From the NCBI GenBank assembly GCA_040954595.2, contig CM082581.2:9589878-9653877 (forward strand): DNA of 64,000 nt. The letters are read 5' to 3'. Source of the DNA: Balanoglossus misakiensis. Lineage: Eukaryota > Animalia > Hemichordata. The notes below the pieces were generated by a model. It saw only the letters and a list, made by a program, of their open reading frames with translations, ran no database searches and was not told where the DNA came from. Shown here piece after piece: positions 1 through 12,900 of this stretch. The first letter of the stretch is position 1, and every line of letters starts with the position of its first letter. Both the position numbers and the translations under genes were made by a program.

Positions 1-217
1 AATCTGCCAACTAAGCTTCTTTATCGTAGAATTATTAGGGCCAAGAGTTCTGTACTCTAAACTCCTCGATCACAGCACTCTACTAAGTCTGGCACCAAGA
101 ATAGATAGGCCGCGTTTGCATGATTGTAAATTTCATGAACGACGCAAACAGTAATATTTCTCTCGTTAATACGTTAATGTCTCGCGTTCACTCAACAGAT
201 TAGTTTCATATATCACT

Positions 218-2690
218 ATGGCGATTACCCTACATGTTATTAAAGACTTATCTATAAAAAGAACTTTGTTGGAAATCGGGAAGGATCACAAGATTCGCTT
301 TGTAGAATTAAATAACGAGGGGTTCTTTGCGTTGGCCGAAGCGTTGCAAACAGATCTCGGTACTTTCAATAATTTCAAGCCTAGAATTTCTCAACTTTTC
401 GAAGGAGTCGTGTTTTTTCATGATGGGAAAACTGTTAACATTCAGAGGTTTCGCCGACAATTACGTCATTGGTAAATGGGTGAAAAAGCTCAGACAAAAA
501 CAATACAAGCAACGGGGGAGACAACTAAATACATTTACGTGTACATTTTAAAGCCCGTTTTTGTCAGAACAAGTTTTATCGTGACAAACGCTCGGAGTTA
601 TTTGCTACATTTTGTTACCATGGAGAAGTCAACGCAAGAAACTGCGTTTGGATTTAATTCAGAAAACTTGACTGACATGCAGCCATTCATCGAGTTACGC
701 CAGAATATTCACCAAACTCCCTTCTGGGTATGGAAAACAAGTTAAAAGGATTTCTTGTATTCAGTATTGTACACCAATGACGTTTTCCAGATGGCAGCTT
801 CAAAGCTTATCCAAAAAAATGTTATACGGATGTGCTCATGCAATTGCGTAAAGTTACGATAATTACAACATCTAGAAAACAGGCTAGCGGGTTACACAAT
901 GCATGAATGGTTAACGGCTCATCTGTGTTTCTAGGCAGAAATGTTGCCATCATCGACATATTCACAGAGTGAGCAGCATGCCTTTCAACGTAGATAGAAA
1001 CAGTGTGGCTCGTTTACACAAAGTTCGGCTCTTTCAAAAGACCACATATTGTTCATTTGGCATCTCCCTTTCACACGTTGAAAGTCATCTAGTTGAAATT
1101 GTCGCCTCTCGCGAAAGAATCGATATCACATATGTCATGCCACAGTAGCAGCATATGCGTTGGGGGGGGGGGGTGAAGCCATAAACACTTTCGCACTCAA
1201 CAGAGTCACGGTCAGCGCGGTGGAGGCGTGTTTACACATTCTCTATCTGTGGTAACGGCGTATGCCAATTCAATCATCGGTGCCAATGCTGGGAAAAAAG
1301 ATGGGGGAAGGCAGACGCCACCTTGTCTAATACCATTCCTAATGGAGAACTACCACCGGGTATTCAATTACATAGAAACTTTTAACGCGCGTGTGTACAA
1401 TGTTTGGAGAAGGTAATATTCCAATTTCGGTGCATATCCCCAAATGAACCCGTAGTTAGCTTGCGGCCCATTATCCTAAAGAACATTTACGAGTTTCTTA
1501 AATGTGCAACAGGCTCATCACCTTCAAACTGTGTAAGCTTCTTTCTTAGCGCAGACAGGATAACGGGAACATTCACCATATAATTGACTCGCTGTTTCAG
1601 ATGGTAGATCGAGTCGAAGAAACCGCGGTGGTAAAATGTCTGAGGGCTGCAGTGCTGTACTGTAAGTAACACTAACAAACTCAGGTAAGCGAGCCACATT
1701 TGACCCTCGGCGCGCAGTGACCTTACACATAACATTCACGATAAAAAATGTACCAATCGTGCTTGATTGTTACTACTGACTGTACATGGGGTATGTTCGC
1801 TGCATATGGACAGTGTTCACAAGTACAGTTTGCATGAAAGACATACCTGATGTGTTTGATAAAGTACGCTAATGCCAAGCCGATATCTTCTCTACTAATT
1901 GAACATCTCAGGTCACGCCGAGTGTTTAGGAGATGATGCGTAATATTCTGCAACGCTCTGCATTCGTGAGCTCGGGTCCGTCTGATGTCAACAAGTTCGC
2001 TGTAATGTATGCAAGTGTCTTCGCTACGGCGGGCACGTTGGCTCGTGACGTACACGTATAGGCAAATGTGTAGGGCGTAAATGCACCACCGATCCAATCG
2101 GAAGGCAGCTTTGTGCTGACGTCATCACGAAATTTACGCTCGGAGCGAATTATGTGCAAAAAAGGACAGTTCGTGAACTTCAATCGATGGAGAGTTGAGT
2201 TCGCTTATCAAAAATTTGCCAATACTACTTAAAGATTATTTCATATCAAGCGGTTTAATATTTGTCTTCCAATTTAAGAATTTCGATGACGCATGTATCG
2301 TGAGCAAGGCAGATAAAGAGCTTTTGCGACTACCAGAGGCAGTGGTTCTAACACTGCATGAAAGCGTTATCTTTAGTCCGAGAAAGTGGGGCGTATGTAA
2401 ATGACTTTGGTCCAGAAGTCTATTTCAATAAAATGTATATAAAGTAACGTGATCTATCCGAAAAACTGAAAGATAAAAGTTTCAAACTAATTTTCTAAAT
2501 GGGGGTTTATGTACGTTCATTACTATGTATGAACCATTTGAATGATGTACAACTGACGAAAATGACGATAATACTATTGGGAGGCTTCACATCCAATATT
2601 TGCGTACTACTCGAATGGTCCATGCATGAACAAAAATTTATGACCCAAATCGCCCGAACTTCAAATATGGAAAAAGCCATGCACGCATGA
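218..2690. other. Cluster of short, abutting or overlapping intronless ORFs on both strands; possible decayed endogenous viral or Polinton-like remnant
   Basis: ORFs 218-475 and 476-745 (+) are in the same frame, split by one TAA. On the minus strand 1723-2097 overlaps 1487-1735. Further ORFs are 1926-2183 (-), 2195-2404 (+, followed by AATAAA near 2427) and 2499-2690 (+). No exon structure and no recognisable family motif. Confidence 0.25.
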
Positions 2691-2729
2691 ACAGAAATTT
2701 ATGACTCAAACGCCTGAACTTTAAACATG
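2621..2729. repeat. Imperfect tandem duplication, period ~61 bp
   Basis: catgcatgaacaaaaatttatgacccaaatcgcccgaacttcaaatatg followed by cacgcatgaacagaaatttatgactcaaacgcctgaactttaaacatg. Confidence 0.8.
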
Positions 2730-3577
2730 CGTATTTGCGTTTCGATATGGTTTGTTAGCGCGCATCACTCTTGTCACGCGGGCTTGCTACTCTATACCTA
2801 TACGGCTCATTTTCTTGTTTAAGCAACCTTTCTTTTCATGTTCAGCTATAGACAGTAGATCATGATATACTGCCAGGGGTTTATTTTTAGTTCTGTGACC
2901 AAATCTAATCCGAAGCCCAAATAACACAGTCATATAATGATATCGCAAGGTCAATAGAACAAGTGTAAAATCTGGACAGTAATTTGTGATTCATCATATT
3001 TTTATGACTGAGAGGTCGGTCATAAAAACGATGAAAGTCACACTCACTGTGCTCATAACCTATTCTACAATTCCTAGCATTAACAGGAAAATGGATTCAG
3101 TATCGAGTACGTTAGTGAAGTTTGCATTTTGAACATGGGACGCTGGAGGTACATGAATACATTCGTAAAGAAATCTTAACATAATGTGGTATGCTGCATT
3201 AAGTTGGTGAACTCCATCTGTACAACTATCACCTGCTCATTGTGAACAAAAGTTGCCTTGCTGTGACGTAGACACTCGAATTTTCAGTGGGAATATATAA
3301 TAAAGAAATGTAGTACGTCATTATCGTGCATGACTACTCTTAATGCAATGCGATTGCGACAATCTGCAGATTGATGTCATAAGTGGCATTTACAGATTCC
3401 TAGCTGTTTCACCTTTCATTCGCGTGCGGTACGTACGAGGATGTCTACGGGAAGATTCTAAGCAGTTCATAATGTGGTGACGTTTGTCACCTTTCAATGT
3501 TAACTCACCACGTAATTAATAAAATAAGTGCAAATGAAAATGTGAAGTCTGTCTATAGCAATATGACGTTTCCTGTG

Positions 3578-3660
3578 TGGATGGATGGATGGATCGATCG
3601 ATCGGTGGGTGGGTGGGTGGGTGGGTGGGTGGATGGATGGACGGACGGATGGATCGATGG
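3578..3660. repeat. Compound (GGAT)/(GGGT)/(GGAC) microsatellite
   Basis: Direct reading; it explains the low-complexity ORFs 3497-3835 and 3500-3685. Confidence 0.95.
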
Positions 3661-4736
3661 AAAAGGGAAAGTGATGAAACGCCATTTTAATTTCTTAACC
3701 AAAGAGTGGCCGCATTTTATAACCCATCACATAACATCACACAGCAGTAAAACCTATAAGGTGGATTTGAAATGGCAACATGTGGTTTCTGTCTGCTTTA
3801 TAGGTTATTTCCAAATTACATTTTCTATCCTATAAAATTTCATTCGATCCCCCGAATAGTATCTATTAACGTGTGGACATTTTTGTGCTTAATTACTTTT
3901 CAGATTAAACTGCAAATATTGCATCAGGCGTGGTTTCACAAAAGATCCGGCCAGTTGTTTTTTATGACATAGAGAATTACACGTAGCTGAGCTGCGGAAT
4001 CATCTGGCATTAACCCCGCCAAGTTGCTCTCTCTCTTGAAATCAGGCTTTGAATCAGAAATAAAACGACATTTGCTTTTTTCCTCTGTCTTCTTGAGATA
4101 ATTATTCAAAAGTACATGTAGTTGGGTATCAGCCCCATCCGCAAGAAGAATAACGATCTGTAGAACTGTAGGCAACTTCATGAACGAGCGTGGCTCTGAA
4201 AGGAGATCATGGGTGCATTCGTGTTAAAATTCAAAGGTGAAAAATCAATGGTTTCCATGGATTTATTTTCTACGTTGCGGAATGCCATGATTGACGTTTC
4301 CGACAACCAACATTTTGTATAGCTAATCGTATAGGAATAACTGATGATGATGATTTATATGTTTATATGAATACCGCTCCAACAGGGCGATTAAAGCCAA
4401 TAGATCGTTCCGAACATTAATACAATGTACATGTATATGATTCGGGCGACGCTCTTTCTATATTCATGGGTATTTAGGCCTACTCTTTCAGATTCACATA
4501 TCAATTGTAAGTGGCGGAAACGTGGCTCCCATGTGACCTTGAATTAGTGCAGCAATAAAGGGACCCCCGGGCTCCCCAATTACGATCCTTGAAATTAACT
4601 TTTATTCAATACGGTACAAAAAAATGATTTGTGTCATATTGAAATCCCAAATCGATCGTCAACATGGCGTCCGAATAAAAGCAGAGATTGTGCGCAGTGC
4701 AGAGATAGGAAACTGATTGGGCGCATGTTGTGACAG

Positions 4737-4761
4737 CATAGACAGTACTCTACTGTCTATG
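4737..4761. mobile_element. 25-bp palindromic mini-insertion with a 7-bp target-site duplication (P-element-like ends)
   Basis: CATAGACAGTA-ctc-TACTGTCTATG (perfect 11-bp inverted arms), flanked by the direct repeat GTGACAG at 4730-4736 and 4762-4768. Confidence 0.75.
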
Positions 4762-5945
4762 GTGACAGCAACTTCAACAATGCGAATTGTCCTTTGCTAT
4801 GTCTGCAAAGCCTCTTATACGCTGACTCGTAAGACCACAAATAGTGTGCACTTTCAAAGTCAGTGACCATCTGCATTGTATAATCAAATAATGGAATTGT
4901 ACAACGGGCTGAGCCCTTGTACGGAAATAAATGAAACTCGGTTCAAATATTGAAACACTCCATGGTGCATGGGAATTTGTCTGCCGCATTACGTACGTCT
5001 CCAAGGAAACGAACCGTTCCCTGATGAGCAGGAGATGGGTTAAGATACATGGAATGATTCCAGTGCACAGAAACTCAATACACTCTACAGAGATTACAGA
5101 AAAAAATCTTTCATTTGCAAGAAAACTTGAAAATTTACGTAGGAGTTGGTCTTGTTACCCGTAAACAATGTTCTGTCAAGTGGGTGGGACTATCCCATTA
5201 CGCGGAAGTCTCATTTAAAAACAAGACGTACCCGTAAATGGCAGATAATACTATCGCAATTATCGAGTCTACGCCAACTGTCTGGTTTGTCGCGTATTGA
5301 TTAATCGTGAGACAACAACGGACCACGCATCGGGACTTATCAGCAGATTGGCTCACGATAGTTGGGGCTAAAAGAATCTTAATCGCCACATCTGTCTAGC
5401 TGTTTGCACAAGAAATATTACTTTCTGAATCTTGCGTTGACTTATTGCGACAAGTACGATAGTAACAATCGATTTGAGCTCCAACCGGCCAGATCGCCGC
5501 AGACCGAGCGTGAAATTAGAATTGATAACATCCGCAAATCCAGATTAGATTTATATCACTAACCACAAATGACGATATTATCCCTCGTAAACGTTCGAAT
5601 CACCAGAAAGTGGTTTAATGGGAGCCATCGTTCTAAACCCTGACCCGTGGACGGTAATTTGAGATTGCTGCGGGAAGAGATTCGTCCAAGTTCTGTGGCT
5701 GAACCTGTCGCTGACTTCAGAGGCTGTCACATGACTACGGGCAACACGATTTTATCAATACCCAGGAAAAGTACTCCATGTATTTACGTGCCATAAATAT
5801 CGACATAAACGGTCTGGTGAATATTACAATCGATGGCAAATATCTGGAATAATTAAAGTTTTAAACTGAAATATTGATATATCAATACACCTATTTTCAA
5901 CAATGTGACTTTTTTGCCTTCAGATGTATTGATAGTCAAATGTTC

Positions 5946-6020
5946 ATGTCCTCCCGTATAAACTTCCTAGCCCACGCCAGATCTCGTGGGTTCTCGTGGA
6001 GTTAGGAAAATGGTCTATTG
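5946..6020. repeat. Dispersed repeat end, probably the terminus of a non-autonomous DNA transposon; second copy at 15898-15959
   Basis: atgtcctcccgtataaacttcctagcccacgccagatctcg...ggagttaggaaaatggtctattg matches atgtcctcccatataaactgcctagccacgcaagatctcggagttcggaaaaaggtctattg. Confidence 0.65.
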
Positions 6021-9000
6021 AGACCAGGCCTAATAGATATATGCACCTGTCACTGTAGGAGTTCCCGTCACATTACGGATGTCCCACACCCCATACGGGC
6101 TAAGCATTATCACCCAGGACTAAAAGCTCGTATATACTTGTATCAATCCTGGTCATCTCGTGATATGCCAGGTCATATTTACGGGGGAAAATATTCCATC
6201 GGGCACGACATCCTAATTCACACACTCCCCCACAACATTTCAAAAACACTCAAGAATTCAAGCGTCCCTCGCGGCGCCTATTCACTCCTATAATCAAGCG
6301 TCTAACATTGCATACCTGTAATAGATTCTCAATAAGCCCAGGTTGTTTGTCATTCTCTGTCTATTGACCGTAAACTGCAGGCAGGCAGGCTAGGAAATTT
6401 GCTTGCAAATTGGATCTCTCCCATAAACTTGAAAAAAGCTGCCCAGAAAAGGTGAAAGTTAAGCCTGCCCAGATGATTACCTCATTAACTGTTCGACACT
6501 TTCTTTAATTCCCACGACGATTCGATGACGAAGTTCGTTTTATTGAAAATGCCGTTTCGTTTGAACCTGGCCTAGTGGTGGGTTACTCTGTGTGTGCACG
6601 GTCTAATCCCGTCCATGCAAAGTCCGTACGTTGGGAAAATTCGGAATGATTTTGCGTGATGCGCATGGTGGATGTAAGCGACCTCGTTCAAAGGGACAAA
6701 GTCACCCTATCTCTTATTTTGGTTTCTCTTGATAGATTATTTGTGTTGTTCTGCTCGCTGAAATATGCTCAATTACATGTACCAGCAGTCAGTGGTATTT
6801 TGTGTGTGTTTTCCAGTTGATCAAATTTCTTGAGTGGCGTGGATTCTTTTGTCTGGATAATGAAATTGTTGTTATCAGTTTGACGCAGTTAGCGAGTTAT
6901 TTAAGAGGGGAGATGACGATAATCGGATCCTCAGTACAATGTGAGTTCAGGAAATTTTCTATAAAGTGGGCGTGTCCATCAAGGTGATTATTTCGCACCA
7001 GTAACTGAACGAGTGTTGTGCAGATTTGAGGAGATAGCTTTGGTCCAACAAGCACGTAAGGCTGCTTTCTACGAAAAAAAGTGCTATCAATACAGAAATC
7101 GGACGAAATGAACTTTGATTTTCATCGGCAATTTATAGCAATTCTGAGATTGCCATCAAACCAGAACTTAAATTGTTTTTCTATATTAATGAAAAGATTG
7201 ATTGACTACATTGAAACACGATATTATTTGGGCCCAAACACAGTGCTAGTAATCAGAAAAAAGTAACCTCTTGAAATGTGCGTTATATATTCGTAAACTT
7301 CTGATGAAAATCCAATCAACCTTGAATTACTTGTTTTTTTTGACAAACCATTACTCCTTAAATCAACTTTTTACATGATGTCAAAAATATGTACCTATAA
7401 CACACTTGTTTGAATATAATTTCACAGTGGTTTAATTGTTGATGAATATCATGAACCTGATACTATAGGCGACTTTGGTTCTCATATTTCATCTAAACCA
7501 TCTGGCCGTGAAGGGAATTCGATTATATTTCTGCAATGGCAGAATAAAAGCGTCCTGAATTTCAATGTTGCTGACAGGCAACTCCATGGATGGGCGCTGA
7601 CCTGTAATCTGATCCTCGGATAAGCCGATCCACTGTCTATCCACGTTTTCCAACTCAAATCGAATGCCCAGAGTAATTGGTATCTTGTACATCTATGATC
7701 AGTGGCAGTTCGCCTGCATGTCAATACATGTACATGTAGTTACAGAATAATGAACGCCATATCAGGGAACTGGCTCAGGCGTGCAGACGCGCATCGTTGT
7801 AACCACCAGATAAATCCCAACGTTTTGAAATACATGTACAACTTATTTGAATAACGGAGATGACACCTTCCGCGAACAAAGCAGTAGCCTCTATGTGCTG
7901 ACAAGCGCAGCGACCCATCGACCACAACCCTTACTTTACTCGTCCCCATGGTAATTCACCATCCGCGCGCAAGTGAGCGCTTGAACCTGTCGACAGGTTT
8001 GACGGTCGTCCGACCTTCCCCTTAAAAGCTAACGTCTCCTGAAGCATTCCTTCCTTTTCCTTCCTGCAAACAAGCTGTGCTCGCAAGTGCTCGGAGCAAT
8101 TTGCGTTCCACAATATCCACAGGTGATATGGAAACCTGCGTCGCGTCAGTACAGACTCTATAAGCTACTTTACCCTGAGTGTTCTCAGCGCTGGTCGCGG
8201 CAACACAATCAGACGCGGCCGACGCCCCTCAATTCAAGGAGGATTAGCGCTAATGCGTAAATCGAGAAAACGTTTTGACATTTCGAGTCCTTTAACTCGC
8301 ATCACAGAGAGGCGAGTAGACACCCTGGACACTTCGCAGGGGAAAATTAACTGGAATGTAATGTACTCAACAGTTACCATTGGGAAAACCAAGCTGAGTG
8401 CTGTGTCCAATTATAAAAACCCCACTCATATCAAAGGGTTTTGCATTAAGGTAATGGACTCTCTCAAGAGTTGTAAGATTTAAAAAAAAAATCTTCATAC
8501 CAGATCAATCAAATACATGATGCATTAACTCCGTGACAGCCAGTGTCCATTATTTCCTTGAATGACAGACAAAACCATGCTTAATTGTCTACAGGTCATT
8601 AATCATTACACAAGGTACAATCTTGGATAAACGTCTCCAATTAATATAAACTTAGTCAAAATGAAAAGATGAGAATAATGTGGTGACTGAACAAAATAAA
8701 TAAATTGTGCAACTATAGTACGGGATTATTGGGACACAATGTGATTTACTATACCCTATCATTGTATGCCAACTTTGCAAACAGCGAATTATATATTGAG
8801 TACACACGCAGACAGAATTGATGTCATAGAGCATGGATTACCTGGGAAGAAATAAATTAGCATTTAGATTTGAAATGTTACAACTCAATACAGACAGATA
8901 ATTTGATACCCAACAGACAAGTTCCAAACTCACCGTAATGTCACGACTCACACCAATTATCACATTGTCACTCTCCTGTGGGTGGTAATTATAGTAAAAC

Positions 9001-9945
9001 CCAATTACTAATTCTCTTAGCGAAGTGTCTGGATGAAAGTCAAGAATAGGTGCACTGAAATGTCACCCTCACACCCCATATACTTCGTGATAATTGGACT
9101 GTTTCCAGTGATGCGAAGGACACTCAGCCACAGGGAGAAAAAAGTCTGATCACACTGGCCTCAACATTGCAGGAGCAAAATGGATGTACCTCAAAACAAA
9201 CACAACTGCAGAATGACATTCAAGTACAAGGATTGACAATGGTTTGATTTTATTTTCGCATTGTCAAAACTAGCATGATTAGAGAAAAAGAACAGGTGAG
9301 CTCGGGAGATTCACAAGGAGACCTACTACAGAAAAACAAAATAGTTTACTTATAACATGATCATGCATACTTCTCATCTCATCGCAAATGTAGAAGTACT
9401 GGTTTTTCAAAAGTTCCAAAAAAAATACAGATCCTCCATATATGAGGTTTTAAGATTAGCGTATATTAAGAATAAAAATAAAAATATAAAGCTTGGTAAA
9501 ATCAGAGGAAGAAGTACATGTATTGCCAGCCACTATTTGAATGTATTGCAGGTTAGTTGCTCATGAAGGAGCAAACATTTTATGATTAAAGTATGACAGA
9601 TTGTACACTGCATTGAGGATTTGTGGAAATTGAAAACAAAATTTTGAATGCCCTAGGAATGATAAAGAATACCGTTCTTGTTATTTTACAAGACACTCAA
9701 AATACCTTAATTATTCATAAAATTTCAGTACTCTGCAAGAATAGAGTTGTTAATTTCGAAAAAAAAATACATTTTTCATAAAAGAATAAAATGCCCAGTG
9801 ATATGACTTGTCTGTTAGCATGACATTCAATGGCAGTATGTTGATCATTAGGAATGCCATAGACCTGTGATGAACTCAAGGTGGCGCTGTTTAACAAAAA
9901 GCCCCCAAAAGCAAAGACATTACCAATTTACGACTATTCCTCAGC

Positions 9946-12900
9946 TCAGAGGAGTTTTTCATGTAGGAATACCTTCTCTCCACCCTGTGCGAATTCTTGA
10001 ACCGTGTCGCCAGAACCTCGCAGGATCCATTTTGTCGTCAGGAGGCCTTCCACTCCGACAGGCCCTCGTGCATGGATGCGTGATGTGCTGATTCCCACTT
10101 CAGCCCCTGAAATCAATAATTGGTGCGTGATTATTAAGGAGCTAATCTAACCACTGCGCAAAACTTGTCTGTTCGTGTGAATTTGTGAACATTAAACGAT
10201 GTACCCGTTCACCACAATGGTTTGGCCCAGTCAGGGGAAACAGAGGTGATTGGGATAAAGTGCCTTACCTAATCCAAATCTGTAGCCATCAGCAAACCGG
10301 GTACTTGAATTGTGAAAGACACACGCACTATCAACTCCCTGCAAAAACTTCTCAGCATGTTCAACTGTAGAAAGATGGAGACAGTTTTATACATGTCTGT
10401 TTTTTATATCCGTCAGAAAATTTAACAAAGTCATCTCTGGTATCAAGTACTGGTAACCTGAAAATATCTGCCCTGGTAGACTCAAACTTACTGTTTTCTG
10501 TCACAATAGAGTCGGTGTGAGAGCTGCCGTATCGGTTGATGTGATCGATGGCCTCGGCGACATCGTCAACGATTTCTATTGCACATTCCAGTCCACTGTA
10601 CTCTGTCTTCATAGACTTGGCCTCCGAGGGTCCAAACTTCAAAGACTGGGCCAGCCGTGGACCTGGGTGAAACTTCACCTAATGATCATATGGAAATGGA
10701 ATCATCCATGTCAAAAGGCTACATAATGCCAAACCACTCTTATTCACACACACACACACATGAAAACCTGTATTGCCCAGTTTCATTCATCATGTGGTTG
10801 AGTAAATCCCTCATTTCATACGACATAACTCGACAAATATTTCAAACTATCGCACACCACAGCAGACACACTAGACAACGGTTGTTAGGTTTAATATGAC
10901 ACCCAGCCTTCGGCAATACATTATTTTTCTCCATATCATTTTTCACAAGATTGAGGCAATATTAAAATCCATTTCCATCATTTCCCTGTTGTTCCCGGCA
11001 AACACTATTGGAGTTTCCTTTGTGATTAATGGGAAAAGACAAAGATGCATGCATGCAACACTTCACCATATGGACTTCTATATATGTGATTTGCATTTGA
11101 CAGATTGCAACGACTTTCTGCATATGAATTACATAAAGGTAGAGCAATGTTCTATAAAGTGTAAATTTAAATAAATTGTTTTAATCTGTCAACAATATCT
11201 GTGACTGATCAACCTCGGGCAAAAAAGTGTGTTCATCATCTCTCTTTGGCAAAGTTTTAGAAAATCAATTTGCCTGTAAGGAAAAAATGTATGCAGTAAA
11301 ATCATGGTCACTCCATATGTCATGCTTGCAGCTACGCAAGGTAATTACAGTTTGAACTGTGAAAAATAACTTGCAGATTTCATCTGGCAGAAACGCAATG
11401 GCCAACGGCTCTGCAGAAGCACTAATCTCCCATGAACTTTATTCCAAGCCCTGAGAGAATGACCCCTCTGACACTGTCAAGTTTTCTTTCAATTTCTACA
11501 CATTGTGACAGTCACTAAGCTCCCTCTAAGTTTTTTTCAAACCTTCAGAAATTTTGGTTGGAAATGCCAACTACCGGTACGACAGACTGCAGTCTCCATG
11601 GCAACACCTGCGCACTGAAGAATGACAAAAGTTTGAGACGCTGTTCATGATGTCATCCTTATGCTGTGTGATGTAGACATAAATACAGCACTGCAATCTT
11701 TTGACACTTCCTCGTGGAAAGACATGGAATAATGAAATGGGATTTTACAATTTTCAACGTGCAAGTAGTTCCAGGCACCTTTTGCAGGTCACGTAAATGA
11801 CAACCTGTTCATATTGGTAGCTCCTAAAAACGTGCATGGAATTCTGCATGAAGATCTCCGCTGGGCACAGTATGTGTTTGTAATTTCATATCGATGGGAC
11901 ACCACACAGTTGTATGGAAGCCAAACAGTAGTGAACAGGAATGAATCTTGAATTTCATGACTTGCACATCCTGAGACAGCAACATGTGGCTACAAACAGT
12001 GTAAGGTAAACCGTGTACAAAAAAAACTCATCTGTACTTCCGATTGCATTTTCATAATAAAGTTGATAGGCCATCTGGGGGAGGGGGAGAGAGGCAATTT
12101 GAAGGTGATACACTTCCAAAAATTGGGCCACAAATACTTACATTCTCTGCTTGTAGCATATCTAGAATATCTTCAAACAGTTTGGTGTGTCTGTGGGCTT
12201 TGTGGATGAGTAAGGTTTCCATGGCATTGCACGCCGCCGGGTAATCACATTTGGAATCCCGCACTGAAAATGTAAAAAAGATCAGAGATGAAGTCAACTC
12301 GCACAGTTCACAGTACACGTAGAATATTTCTTCAATCAATCAAATTACATCTTTAGACTGATAAACGCTTTCTGAGACTGAGGTGTGTGTGATAACATCA
12401 ATTCTCTCTTTTTTGGCAGATTTCAGCAGCCAGGCGAATTTGAAGAGTCACTAGCCCATTTTCAGTACAACATAAACTGAATACTGACTGACAATTTGGA
12501 AAGTGGTCTGTTTTTATCTAATACAGGGAGAATGACGCATCAAACTATCTCTGGCAAGTGAAATCCAATCGGGATGACTATCTGTCATCAGTTTTTCCCC
12601 GAGTCATTGTCAATCAAAATGATATCATCGAAAGTTTACTTTCACTGTGTAAACTGAACCATGTAGCGGAATTTGTGCTGTGGATGTTGTACATTGTAAC
12701 TACAATTATTCTTTACGGCAAGGATAACTACATGTATTTTCTTGCTAAACTTTTTACGGTCTCGATCAAACGACGCCAATCGATTAACTTTTACGTTTCC
12801 AATCTGTGCCAGAGAGGAGTGGAAGCTACTCCTCTGCTTCATCATCATCAGTTTTTTACCCGGACGGATTCTTTGCCCCCCCCCCCGGGGGTGAAACACG

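Noticed and set aside
473-2501. TAAATG as poxvirus late promoters
   Set aside because: The hexamer is common in AT-rich DNA and no poxvirus-like genes are recognisable; kept only as a descriptive note on ORF packing.
3936-7724. Isolated 60-90-aa ORFs (e.g. 3936-4181, 7489-7692)
   Set aside because: No recognisable domain and no phase-consistent exon chain.
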